DNA from: Candidatus Nanoarchaeia archaeon
GTDB lineage: Archaea; Nanobdellota; Nanobdellia; Woesearchaeales; JANQNE01
Reading direction: 5' to 3'
Assembly: GCA_028279725.1 (NCBI GenBank)
Contig: JANQNE010000007.1
Span: 99,406 to 163,405, forward strand
DNA length: 64,000 nt
Shown in pieces: positions 56,399 through 64,000 of this stretch. The position numbers and the translations under genes were made by a program. Numbering within the stretch: position 1 is the stretch's first letter; each line of letters begins with the position of its first letter. The notes under the pieces were generated by a model. The model was not told where the DNA came from, searched no databases, and saw only the letters and a program-made list of their open reading frames with translations.

Positions 56399-56664
56399 TT
56401 AAGATGGATCCATACAAAATAATAAAACACCCGTTGTCAACAGAAAAATCAATTAGATTGATGGATTCAGAGAACAAACTTATATTCGCAGTATTCGACG
56501 ATTCAACAAAAAAAGATATCAAAGAAGCGATCGAGACAATATTTAAGGTAAAAGTAGTGAAAGTAAACACATTCAAGCACCCTTCAGGACAGAAGAGAGC
56601 CTATGTAAAGCTTTCACCAGACACTCCTGCAATTGATATTGCAACTGAAATAGGTATGATATAA
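56395..56664 (+). CDS. rpl23: 50S ribosomal protein L23 (uL23).
   Basis: MIKMDPYKIIKHPLSTEKSIRLM... Confidence 0.9.
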   Translation: MIKMDPYKIIKHPLSTEKSIRLMDSENKLIFAVFDDSTKKDIKEAIETIFKVKVVKVNTFKHPSGQKRAYVKLSPDTPAIDIATEIGMI

Positions 56665-56665
56665 G

Positions 56666-57382
56666 ATGGGAAAGAGACTAATCCAACAGGCAAGAGGAAA
56701 AGGTTCACCTACTTACAAGTCCCCTAGCTTCAGGTTCAAAGGAGAAGTAAAGCATTATAAGATTACAGACAAAGCAGTTAGTGGAAAAGTTGAAGATCTT
56801 ATCCACTGTGCTGGACATTCAAGCCCGTTGATGATTGTTAACTATGAAGATAATCAGATAATCACAGTCGCTCCAGAAGGTATAAGAGTTGGAGAAGAGA
56901 TTGCATGTGGATCAGGAACAGAATTGAAACCAGGAAATGTTCTTCCTCTAAAAGACATTCCTGAAGGAACACTTATTCATAATATAGAATCAAGACCTGG
57001 AGATGGTGGAAGATTTGTAAGAGCAAGCGGCGGTTACGCTAGAGTTGCAAGCAGGCTTAAGAACAAGGTTCTTGTATCACTTCCTTCAAAAAAGCAGAAA
57101 GAATTTGCTCTGAACTGCAGAGCTAGTGTCGGAGTTATTGCTGGAAGTGGAAGGACAGAAAAACCATTCATAAAAGCAGGAACAAGATTCTATAAGATGA
57201 AAGCTAAGAACAAGCTTTATCCGAAGATCAGCGGAGTATCACAGAATGCAGTTGATCATCCATTCGGTAACGCAAGATCACAGAGAAAATCAAAAGCAAA
57301 GCCTATTCCTAGAAACGCTCCTCCTGGAAGGAAGGTTGGAATGGTAGCTGCTAGAAGAACTGGCAGAAAGAAAGGAAGGTGA
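56666..57382 (+). CDS. rpl2: 50S ribosomal protein L2 (uL2).
   Basis: MGKRLIQQARGKGSPTYKSPSFRFKGE... Confidence 0.9.
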   Translation: MGKRLIQQARGKGSPTYKSPSFRFKGEVKHYKITDKAVSGKVEDLIHCAGHSSPLMIVNYEDNQIITVAPEGIRVGEEIACGSGTELKPGNVLPLKDIPEGTLIHNIESRPGDGGRFVRASGGYARVASRLKNKVLVSLPSKKQKEFALNCRASVGVIAGSGRTEKPFIKAGTRFYKMKAKNKLYPKISGVSQNAVDHPFGNARSQRKSKAKPIPRNAPPGRKVGMVAARRTGRKKGR

Positions 57383-57388
57383 TTATAA

Positions 57389-57772
57389 ATGGCTAAGAAA
57401 GAATTTATTTTCAAAGGAAAGAAAGTAGAAGAGCTAAAGCAGCTAAGCATAGAAGAGTTCAGCCAGCTGGTCACCTCAAGACAGAGAAGATCATTGAAAA
57501 GAGGATTCACAGAAGCGCAAAAAAGCCTTATGAAAAAAATACAGAAGAACGCTAAAAATATAGAGACTCATTGCAGAGACATGGTCATCATACCTGAGAT
57601 GCTTGGTATGACTATTAAGGTTCACAGCGGAAAAGAATTTGTCCCTATCCTCATTCAGCCGGAGATGCTTGGTCATTTCCTTGGAGAATTTGTAATGACA
57701 AGAAAAAGGGTTGCACACTCATCACCAGGAGTAGGTGCTACAAGATCAAGTTCAGCAATATCAGTGAAATAA
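57389..57772 (+). CDS. rps19: 30S ribosomal protein S19 (uS19).
   Basis: PEMLGMTIKVHSGKEFVPI. Confidence 0.9.
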   Translation: MAKKEFIFKGKKVEELKQLSIEEFSQLVTSRQRRSLKRGFTEAQKSLMKKIQKNAKNIETHCRDMVIIPEMLGMTIKVHSGKEFVPILIQPEMLGHFLGEFVMTRKRVAHSSPGVGATRSSSAISVK

Positions 57773-57773
57773 G

Positions 57774-58328
57774 ATGGCTCAATACAACTATTCAACAAAG
57801 CTAGTAGAGAAGGAAAACACTGCTAAGGCAGTCGGTAGAGACCTGGCTATCTCTACAAAACAGACTATTGAAGTATGTAACTTAGTCAGAAAGATGAATG
57901 TTGAAAAAGCAAAGAAACTGCTTTCAGAAGTCATCTCAAAAAAACAGGCAGTTCCTTTCAAAAGATTCAACGGAGATATGGGTCACAAGAGAAAGATTGG
58001 TCCCGGAAGGTATCCTGTAAACACATGTACTGAAATATTAAGATTGTTGGAAAGCGCTTCAACAAATGCACAGTTCAAAGGACTTAATGCCACAAGCCTA
58101 ATTATCGCTCACATAAACGCTCAGGGCGGAGCAAGAAGATGGCATTATGGAAGAAAAAGAAGGAGACAGATGAAGAGAACTAACGTTGAGATCGTACTTG
58201 AAGAGATTGAAGCTAAAAAAGAAGAAAAAAAGGTTGAGAAAAAAGAAAAACCTGTAGAAAAGAAAGAAGCTCCTAAAAAAGAAACACCAGCTGTCAAGAA
58301 AGAAGAACAGAAAGAGGATAAAAAATGA
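57774..58328 (+). CDS. rpl22: 50S ribosomal protein L22 (uL22) with a K/E-rich C-terminal tail.
   Basis: Gene order and the L22 core. The tail is EEKKVEKKEKPVEKKEAPKKE... Confidence 0.85.
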   Translation: MAQYNYSTKLVEKENTAKAVGRDLAISTKQTIEVCNLVRKMNVEKAKKLLSEVISKKQAVPFKRFNGDMGHKRKIGPGRYPVNTCTEILRLLESASTNAQFKGLNATSLIIAHINAQGGARRWHYGRKRRRQMKRTNVEIVLEEIEAKKEEKKVEKKEKPVEKKEAPKKETPAVKKEEQKEDKK

Positions 58329-59041
58329 TTGAGAGACAATTCGTAGCACAAAACGTAAAAGAATATCTGATCCAGGAATATGTAGCTGCTAATGTGAGCA
58401 AAGGCGGCCACTCTCACACAAAGATGCAGAGAACACCTCTTGGTGAAAAGATCATAGTTTATGCTTCAAGACCTGGACTTATCGTTGGAAGGAAAGGAGC
58501 TAACATTAAGAAACTTACAAAAGATTTGAAGAAAAAGTTCAACCTTGAAAATCCTCAGATAGAGATCAGCGAAGTAGAAAATATTTTCATGGATGCTCAG
58601 ATAGTAGCTGAGATGATCGCATCATCATTAGAAAGATTTGGAACTAATAGATTCAAAGGTGTCGGTCACAAGATGATGAGTGATGTTATGAATGCTGGAG
58701 CTATCGGAATAGAGATATTGATCTCAGGAAAGATTCCAGGAGCAAGAGCTAAGAGATGGAGATTTTATGAAGGTTATCTGAAAAAATGCGGAGATGTTGC
58801 ATTGACTGATGTTAAGACAGCATTTTCAAGTGCTATGCTTAAGACTGGCGCAATAGGTATAAGAGTTAAGATAATGCCGCCGGAAGCTAAGGAAAAGAAT
58901 GATATAAAGATCAAAAGCGAAGAGACAGTAGAAGAAGAGGCAAAAGAGAAAAAAGAGCCTGAGAAAAAAGAAGTAAAGAAAAAGACAAGAAAGAAAAAAG
59001 CTAAGAAAGTAGAGGAAAAGAAGGATGCCGATAAAAAATAA
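58325..59041 (+). CDS. rps3: 30S ribosomal protein S3 (uS3) with a K/E-rich tail.
   Basis: KH domain GEKIIVYASRPGLIVGRKGANIKKL. Confidence 0.9.
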   Translation: MIERQFVAQNVKEYLIQEYVAANVSKGGHSHTKMQRTPLGEKIIVYASRPGLIVGRKGANIKKLTKDLKKKFNLENPQIEISEVENIFMDAQIVAEMIASSLERFGTNRFKGVGHKMMSDVMNAGAIGIEILISGKIPGARAKRWRFYEGYLKKCGDVALTDVKTAFSSAMLKTGAIGIRVKIMPPEAKEKNDIKIKSEETVEEEAKEKKEPEKKEVKKKTRKKKAKKVEEKKDADKK

Positions 59042-59231
59042 AGAGTTAAGATCAACTGCTATAGAAGAATTGAAGAGTAAGATGTCAGAACTAAAAAAAC
59101 AATTGATGAAAGATTACACTCAAGTGTCAACTGGGACAACTCCTAAAAGTCCTGGTCAGATTAAAGCAGCGAGAAAGACTATCGCTAAGATAAAGACAAT
59201 ATTGAAGGAGAAAAAGGAAGAGGAGGCGTAA
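59025..59231 (+). CDS. rpl29: 50S ribosomal protein L29 (uL29).
   Basis: 68 aa. The helical ELR...EL..L pattern and gene order. Confidence 0.8.
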   Translation: MPIKNKELRSTAIEELKSKMSELKKQLMKDYTQVSTGTTPKSPGQIKAARKTIAKIKTILKEKKEEEA

Positions 59232-59558
59232 ATGACTGAAGTTTGTCCAAATTGTGGCTTGCCAAAAGAACTTTGTGTTTGTGAAACAATCGCTAAAGAA
59301 AGTCAGACGATAAAAGTTAAGATCGAAAAGAAAAAATTCGGCAAAGAATACACGACAATAGAAGGGATTGATGACAAGGACATAAACATGAAAGATTTGT
59401 GCAAGAAACTCAAAGCAAAATTTGCTTGTGGAGGAACAATAAAAGAAGGAAGGGTTGAACTGCAGGGAAATCATATAAAATCAGACAACGCAAAATCAAT
59501 ATTCAAAAAGACGCTTACAGAACTGGGATTCGCCCCAGAGACTATCGAGATGAAATAA
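59232..59558 (+). CDS. sui1: Translation initiation factor SUI1 (aIF1) with an N-terminal zinc ribbon.
   Basis: [14 protein letters not shown], then the SUI1 core [19 protein letters not shown]. Confidence 0.8.
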   Translation: MTEVCPNCGLPKELCVCETIAKESQTIKVKIEKKKFGKEYTTIEGIDDKDINMKDLCKKLKAKFACGGTIKEGRVELQGNHIKSDNAKSIFKKTLTELGFAPETIEMK

Positions 59559-59564
59559 AAAACG

Positions 59565-59813
59565 ATGGATGTAAAAAAGATAACAAGACATGAACTGATC
59601 GGCCTGAAAGCGAAGATAACAGATGCAAAAAACAAGGCAAACATCGGCATCCAGGGAAAGATCATTGACGAGACAAAAAACACGATCAGTATCGAAGGAA
59701 AAAAGATATTAAAAAAGAATGTGGAGATCGAATTCACGATAAACAACAAAAAAATCAAGATTGATGGAGAAAAATTACAAAAAAATCCGATTGACAGAAC
59801 AAAATCAAGGTGA
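59565..59813 (+). CDS. rnp1: RNase P protein component 1 (Rpp29/Pop4).
   Basis: 82 aa. HELIGLKAKITDAKNKANIGIQGKIIDETKNTISIEG is the Rpp29 pattern. Position between SUI1 and S17 fits. Confidence 0.75.
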   Translation: MDVKKITRHELIGLKAKITDAKNKANIGIQGKIIDETKNTISIEGKKILKKNVEIEFTINNKKIKIDGEKLQKNPIDRTKSR

Positions 59814-59816
59814 ACA

Positions 59817-60254
59817 TTGATGGCTAAACAAAGCACAAAAAATATTGGAATGGATGTAGCATCTCCAAAGGAAGCATGTGAAGATATAAACTGTCCTTTC
59901 CACGGATCACTTAAGGTTAGAGGGAGAACTTTTACAGGAGTTGTACTTTCCAGTAAGATGCATAAGACATGTATTGTAGAATGGGAAAGATCATACTTCC
60001 TTCAAAAATATGAAAGAAGTGAGAAAAGAAAAAGTAAGGTTAAGGCTCATAATCCTCCTTGCATCAATGCTGAAGAAGGAGATCTTGTTAAGATCGCTGA
60101 ATGTAGGCCATTGAGCAAGACTAAAAACTTTGTCATTATAGAGAAAGTAGGAAGAGAAAAGCTTTTCACAGAAAAGATGGAAGCAAGACAGGAAAGCAAG
60201 GTAAAAGACAAGGAAAAAGTTGAAGAGAAGGAAGAACATCCTAAAGAGGAATAA
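59817..60254 (+). CDS. rps17: 30S ribosomal protein S17 (uS17) with a K/E-rich tail.
   Basis: GRTFTGVVLSSKMHKTCIVEW... Confidence 0.85.
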   Translation: MMAKQSTKNIGMDVASPKEACEDINCPFHGSLKVRGRTFTGVVLSSKMHKTCIVEWERSYFLQKYERSEKRKSKVKAHNPPCINAEEGDLVKIAECRPLSKTKNFVIIEKVGREKLFTEKMEARQESKVKDKEKVEEKEEHPKEE

Positions 60255-60256
60255 TC

Positions 60257-60658
60257 ATGCAAGCTATAAAATCAAGAGCAACAAGAGGATTGAATGTAGG
60301 ATCTAAGATCCCTACCTGTGATAACTCAGGAGCTAAGATGCTTAAGTTGTTCACTGTTAATGGTCTTAAGACTGTAAAAAGAAGGTCACCTTCAGCTGCT
60401 ATCGGAGACTTAGTGATGGCATCTGTAATAAAAGGAAGGCCAGATATGAGAAAACAGGTTGTTTTCGCTGTTATAGTCAGGCAGAAGAAAGAATACAGAA
60501 GAGCTGACGGTACAAGAATCAAATTTGAAGATAATGCAGCTGTAGTATTGAAAGATGATAAAGGAAATCCAAAAGGAACTATGTTCAAAGGCCCTATAGC
60601 TAAAGAAGTTACAGAAAGATGGCCAGGCATAGCAAAAGTAGCAAGCATAATTATATAG
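60257..60658 (+). CDS. rpl14: 50S ribosomal protein L14 (uL14).
   Basis: MQAIKSRATRGLNVGSKIPTCDNSGAK. Confidence 0.9.
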   Translation: MQAIKSRATRGLNVGSKIPTCDNSGAKMLKLFTVNGLKTVKRRSPSAAIGDLVMASVIKGRPDMRKQVVFAVIVRQKKEYRRADGTRIKFEDNAAVVLKDDKGNPKGTMFKGPIAKEVTERWPGIAKVASIII

Positions 60659-60665
60659 GTAAAAA

Positions 60666-61070
60666 ATGAAAAATAAATTTTCAAAAACATGGGAAAGTAG
60701 CAAACAGCCAAGAAAACAGAAGAAATTCTTAGCTAACGCTCCTCTTCATACAAAAAGCAGGCTTTTAGGAGTTAATCTTTCCAAAGAACTAAGGACAAAA
60801 TATGGAAGAAGAAACATAACTATAAGAAAAGGAGACAAAGTAAAAGTATTAAGAGGAAAAACAAAAGGAAAAGTAGGAAAGATCGACAGAGTAAGCATCA
60901 AAAAATCAAGAGTTTATGTAGAAGGAATAGATGTTGTTAAGAAAGATGGAACAAAAAGACTTGTTCCTATACATCCTTCAAACTTATCGATACTTGAACT
61001 AAGATTAGATGATAAAAAAAGAGTACAATCACTAGAAAAAAAGAAAGAAGGAGAGAAGAAAGATGGTTAA
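60666..61070 (+). CDS. rpl24: 50S ribosomal protein L24 (uL24).
   Basis: KOW motif IRKGDKVKVLRGKTKGKVGKI. Confidence 0.85.
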   Translation: MKNKFSKTWESSKQPRKQKKFLANAPLHTKSRLLGVNLSKELRTKYGRRNITIRKGDKVKVLRGKTKGKVGKIDRVSIKKSRVYVEGIDVVKKDGTKRLVPIHPSNLSILELRLDDKKRVQSLEKKKEGEKKDG

Positions 61071-61755
61071 GAATCACTTGAAAAGGCTGAACATGCCAAG
61101 TTCATGGCAGATCAAGAGAAAGATAATCAGATGGGTCACTAGACCTAATCCTGGAGCACATGCTCTTGAGTTCGGATTATCAATAAACACATTCCTAAAA
61201 GAGATTACCGGCTTAGCTTCCTCAACAAGAGAAGTGAGAAATATCTTATATAATAAAGAGATATTTGTTGATGGAAAGATAAGAGATGAGCGTAAGTTTA
61301 TAGTTGGTCTTATGGATGTTGTCTCTGTTCCAAAGATGAATAAGCATTACAGGATCGCATTCAATAGCAAAGGAAAGCTTACAGCTGTTCCTATAAAAGA
61401 AGAAGAGAGCAAGATAAAGCTTTCAAAGATAAAGAACAAATCCCTTGTTAAGGGAAAGACGCAGCTTAACCTATCAGACGGGAGAAACATCCTTGTTGAC
61501 AAAGATGATTTCAAAGTGGGAGATAGTGTAGTCATTGAACTTCCTTCCCAAAAGATAAAACAATCCGTAAAGCTGGAAAAGGGGGCACTGATCTACCTTA
61601 CTGGTGGAAAACACACAAGTGACATCGGAAAAGTAGAAGACATATCATCAAGAAAGATCACATTCAAATCAAATACAGGAGAGACTTATCAGACACTGAA
61701 AAAATATGCTTTTGTTGTCGGAAAAGATAAGCCTTTAGTTTCATTGAGTGAATAA
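61063..61755 (+). CDS. rps4e: 30S ribosomal protein S4e (eS4).
   Basis: 230 aa. Gene order and the S4e pattern. Confidence 0.85.
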   Translation: MVKNHLKRLNMPSSWQIKRKIIRWVTRPNPGAHALEFGLSINTFLKEITGLASSTREVRNILYNKEIFVDGKIRDERKFIVGLMDVVSVPKMNKHYRIAFNSKGKLTAVPIKEEESKIKLSKIKNKSLVKGKTQLNLSDGRNILVDKDDFKVGDSVVIELPSQKIKQSVKLEKGALIYLTGGKHTSDIGKVEDISSRKITFKSNTGETYQTLKKYAFVVGKDKPLVSLSE

Positions 61756-61757
61756 AA

Positions 61758-62276
61758 ATGAGTAATCCTATGCAACAGATAAGGGTAGAGAAAGTGACGC
61801 TTAATATAGGCGCAGGTAAAGACCAAGGTAAGCTGGAGAATGGCATCAAGCTGCTGAAGAATATCACTGGCATCAATCCTGTAAAGACATTCACTCAAAA
61901 AAGGATTCCAAGCTGGGGTCTTCGTCCAGGTCTTCCTATTGGATGCAAGATAACACTGAGGAATAAGCAGGCTGCTGAGATGGTAAAAAAATTGTTAGAA
62001 GCAAAAGATAATATACTTACAGAAAATCAGTTTGATGATTATGGAAACATCGCTTTTGGAATTGCAGAATATATTGATATTCCTGCTGTAAAATACGACC
62101 CAAAGATCGGAATAATCGGTCTTGAGGTCTGCATTACACTTCAGAGGCCTGGTTTCAGGATAAAAAGAAGAAGGATAAAGAAAAGAAAGGTTCCGAAAAA
62201 ACATGGGATCCCTAAGGAAGAATCCATAGATTTCATGCAAAAGAACTTTAATGTTAAAACAGGTGAAGATGAATGA
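61758..62276 (+). CDS. rpl5: 50S ribosomal protein L5 (uL5).
   Basis: Gene order and the L5 core. Confidence 0.9.
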   Translation: MSNPMQQIRVEKVTLNIGAGKDQGKLENGIKLLKNITGINPVKTFTQKRIPSWGLRPGLPIGCKITLRNKQAAEMVKKLLEAKDNILTENQFDDYGNIAFGIAEYIDIPAVKYDPKIGIIGLEVCITLQRPGFRIKRRRIKKRKVPKKHGIPKEESIDFMQKNFNVKTGEDE

Positions 62277-62329
62277 CTTATAGCTCCTTTGATAAACCAC
62301 TAAAACAGTTGAAAGTAAAGCCTGCAAAG

Positions 62330-62503
62330 ATGGGTAAATACATCAAACATAACTCTCCAAAAGAGAGAAAGATGGGAAGATCAACAAAAAGATGTGTTAG
62401 ATGTGGAAGGATCAGAGGTCTTATAGCATCATATGATATAAAATTATGCAGACAATGTTTCAGAGAAGTTGCCACAAAGATTGGCTTCAAAAAATTCAGT
62501 TGA
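62330..62503 (+). CDS. rps14: 30S ribosomal protein S14 (uS14), zinc-binding type Z.
   Basis: [11 protein letters not shown]...CRQCFRE. The ORF track starts at 62273. The likely start is the [14 protein letters not shown] methionine. Confidence 0.85.
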   Translation: MGKYIKHNSPKERKMGRSTKRCVRCGRIRGLIASYDIKLCRQCFREVATKIGFKKFS

Positions 62504-62513
62504 GGTAATAAAA

Positions 62514-62906
62514 ATGTCCATGAACGATCCGATAGCAAACGCATTATCACACATACTTAATTGTGAAAGGACTGCTAAATCCTCATGTATTGTACAGAAC
62601 AGTTCCAAAGTTATCAAAAAGATTCTGGAGATAATGAAGGACAACCAATATGTGGGATCCTTTGAAGAGATAGACGACGGAAAAGGTGGAATACTAAAAG
62701 TAAACCTGCTTGGAAAGATAAACAATTGCGGAGTCATAAAGCCTAATTTTCCTGTAAAAAAAGATGGGGTTGAAAAATTTGAGAAAAGATATCTTTTGGC
62801 TAAAGGATTTGGTATCATCTTAATCTCAACACCGCTTGGGATAATGACACATAAGGAATCACGGGAAAAGAACGTAGGAGGAAAACTACTGGCTTATTGT
62901 TATTAA
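62514..62906 (+). CDS. rps8: 30S ribosomal protein S8 (uS8).
   Basis: MSMNDPIANALSHILNCE. GAGGT RBS 8 nt upstream. The ORF track starts upstream at 62469. Confidence 0.85.
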   Translation: MSMNDPIANALSHILNCERTAKSSCIVQNSSKVIKKILEIMKDNQYVGSFEEIDDGKGGILKVNLLGKINNCGVIKPNFPVKKDGVEKFEKRYLLAKGFGIILISTPLGIMTHKESREKNVGGKLLAYCY

Positions 62907-62913
62907 GATCAAA

Positions 62914-63459
62914 ATGGGAACAAAGAACATAACAGCAGAGATTGAAATTCCAGAAAAGACTAATCTTGATATTGGTAAGGATATTGTTATCAAAGGTGAA
63001 AAAGGAGAGATTAAGAGAAGATTAGTCAGCCCTAAAGTAACTATAGAAAAAAAGGATAATAAAGTGGTCCTATCTGCAAAAAATGCAACCAAAAGAGAAA
63101 AGATTACCATAGGAACATTCAAATCACACATAAAAAATATGATCAAAGGAGCAAACGAGGGCCATTCATACAGGCTAAAGATATGTTCAGGCCACTTTCC
63201 TATGACTGTTGCTGTATCAGGCAACGAGCTTACAGTAAAGAACTTCCTTGGAGAGAGTATCCCAAGGGTGCTTAAGCTGAAAGAAGGTGTTGACGTAAAG
63301 GTTGATGGGGAGAATGTTGTAGTAGAAAGCATCAACAAAGAGCTTGCTGGACAGACAGCTGCTGATATTGAACAGCTTACAAGAATCACAAATAGGGATA
63401 AAAGAATATTTCAGGATGGTATCTGGATCATAGAAAAAGATGGGAAACAGGTAGAATAA
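62914..63459 (+). CDS. rpl6: 50S ribosomal protein L6 (uL6).
   Basis: Two-domain L6 pattern and gene order. Confidence 0.85.
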   Translation: MGTKNITAEIEIPEKTNLDIGKDIVIKGEKGEIKRRLVSPKVTIEKKDNKVVLSAKNATKREKITIGTFKSHIKNMIKGANEGHSYRLKICSGHFPMTVAVSGNELTVKNFLGESIPRVLKLKEGVDVKVDGENVVVESINKELAGQTAADIEQLTRITNRDKRIFQDGIWIIEKDGKQVE

Positions 63460-63460
63460 G

Positions 63461-64000
63461 ATGGAAAAACTGCTGGAATTAAGGAAGAAGATCAAAGGCA
63501 AGAAGCCTAAGTTCGTAAGGACTGATATCCATAAGAAGAAAAAGCTAGCTGTTAAATGGAGAAAGCCAAAAGGAAGGCAGAACAAGATGAGACTGAAACT
63601 TAGAGGATACAGGAGAGTAGTTAAGGTTGGATGGGGTTCACCTGTGGCTGTAAAAGATACATTAAAATCAGGATTAAAAGGAGTGATCGTAAAGTCACTG
63701 AAAGATATGAAAGATCTTGACCCTAAGAAGGAGGAGATAATCATATCAAAGACTGTGGGTCTGAAGAAAAAGATAGATATTATAAAAAAATCAAAAGAAT
63801 TAGGATTGAAGATAGCCAACATAAAGAATGCTGATCTTTTCATAAAAGAGATTGAAGAAAAACTAAGCGCTAAAAAAGCTTCAAAAGAGAAGATAACTAA
63901 AGAGAAAGAAGAGAAGAAAAAAGAAAGAGAAGCTAAAGCTAAGGAAAAAGAAGCAAAAGAAAAACAAGAGAAGGAAAAAGGCACTGAAGATGACCTCGCA
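63461..64000 (+). CDS. rpl32e: 50S ribosomal protein L32e (eL32). There is no stop before the window end, so this is 3'-partial or carries a long K/E tail.
   Basis: KFVRTDIHKKKKLAVKWRKPKGRQNKMRLKLRGY...VGWGSP is the L32e core. The frame stays open to position 64000. Confidence 0.75.
   Translation, partial: MEKLLELRKKIKGKKPKFVRTDIHKKKKLAVKWRKPKGRQNKMRLKLRGYRRVVKVGWGSPVAVKDTLKSGLKGVIVKSLKDMKDLDPKKEEIIISKTVGLKKKIDIIKKSKELGLKIANIKNADLFIKEIEEKLSAKKASKEKITKEKEEKKKEREAKAKEKEAKEKQEKEKGTEDDLA

Noticed and set aside
1-64000. CRISPR arrays, IS elements, integrases, prophage boundaries and rRNA genes.
   Set aside because: No regularly spaced direct repeats of 25-40 nt were found. No transposase, integrase or recombinase-like ORFs were found. 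There are no rRNA-like stretches. The only ORF-free GC-rich blocks are accounted for as SRP RNA, RNase P RNA and three tRNAs.

Overview
This is an AT-rich archaeal chromosomal segment. GC is visibly low but was not computed, and the proteome is rich in K, I, E and N. The archaeal assignment is secure. Two archaeal ribosomal/RNAP operons are present: S13-S4-S11-RpoD-L18e-L13-S9-RpoN on the minus strand at about 12.9-17.3 kb, and L3-L4-L23-L2-S19-L22-S3-L29-SUI1-Rpp29-S17-L14-L24-S4e-L5-S14-S8-L6-L32e on the plus strand at 54.6-64 kb. Other archaeal markers are PCNA, a fused PriS-PriL primase, NAC, Sec61beta, RNase P RNA, SRP RNA, Hef, RNase J and NMNAT. The window looks like a small-genome, probably DPANN-like archaeon, for three reasons: lysine/glutamate-rich tails on many proteins, the fused primase, and bacterial-type scavenging genes. 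This lineage call is an inference. Housekeeping genes include LeuRS, TrpRS, GyrA, ScpB, MinD-like ATPase, THUMP RNA methyltransferase, HtpX, NadM/NadE and a radical SAM enzyme. The most notable features are: (1) a 200-nt tRNA-Leu(CAA) gene interrupted by three introns in the D-loop, anticodon loop and T-loop, plus a second intron-containing tRNA-Leu(GAG) and an intronless tRNA-His; (2) a bacterial-type lysophospholipid re-acylation module, an MFS transporter followed by an acyl-CoA/ACP synthetase-ACP-acyltransferase fusion; (3) a bacterial-type queuosine tRNA modification trio, tgt-queA-queH; (4) a tightly packed plus-strand island of seven small uncharacterised genes ending in a P-loop kinase-like gene at 24.85-27.4 kb, whose translation-initiation cassettes are repeated exactly; (5) two sets of tandem paralogous small helical proteins, one translationally coupled to the MinD-like ATPase. 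No CRISPR array, transposase or integrase was recognised. All calls rest on reading the translated ORFs and the nucleotide sequence by eye. No database search was run.
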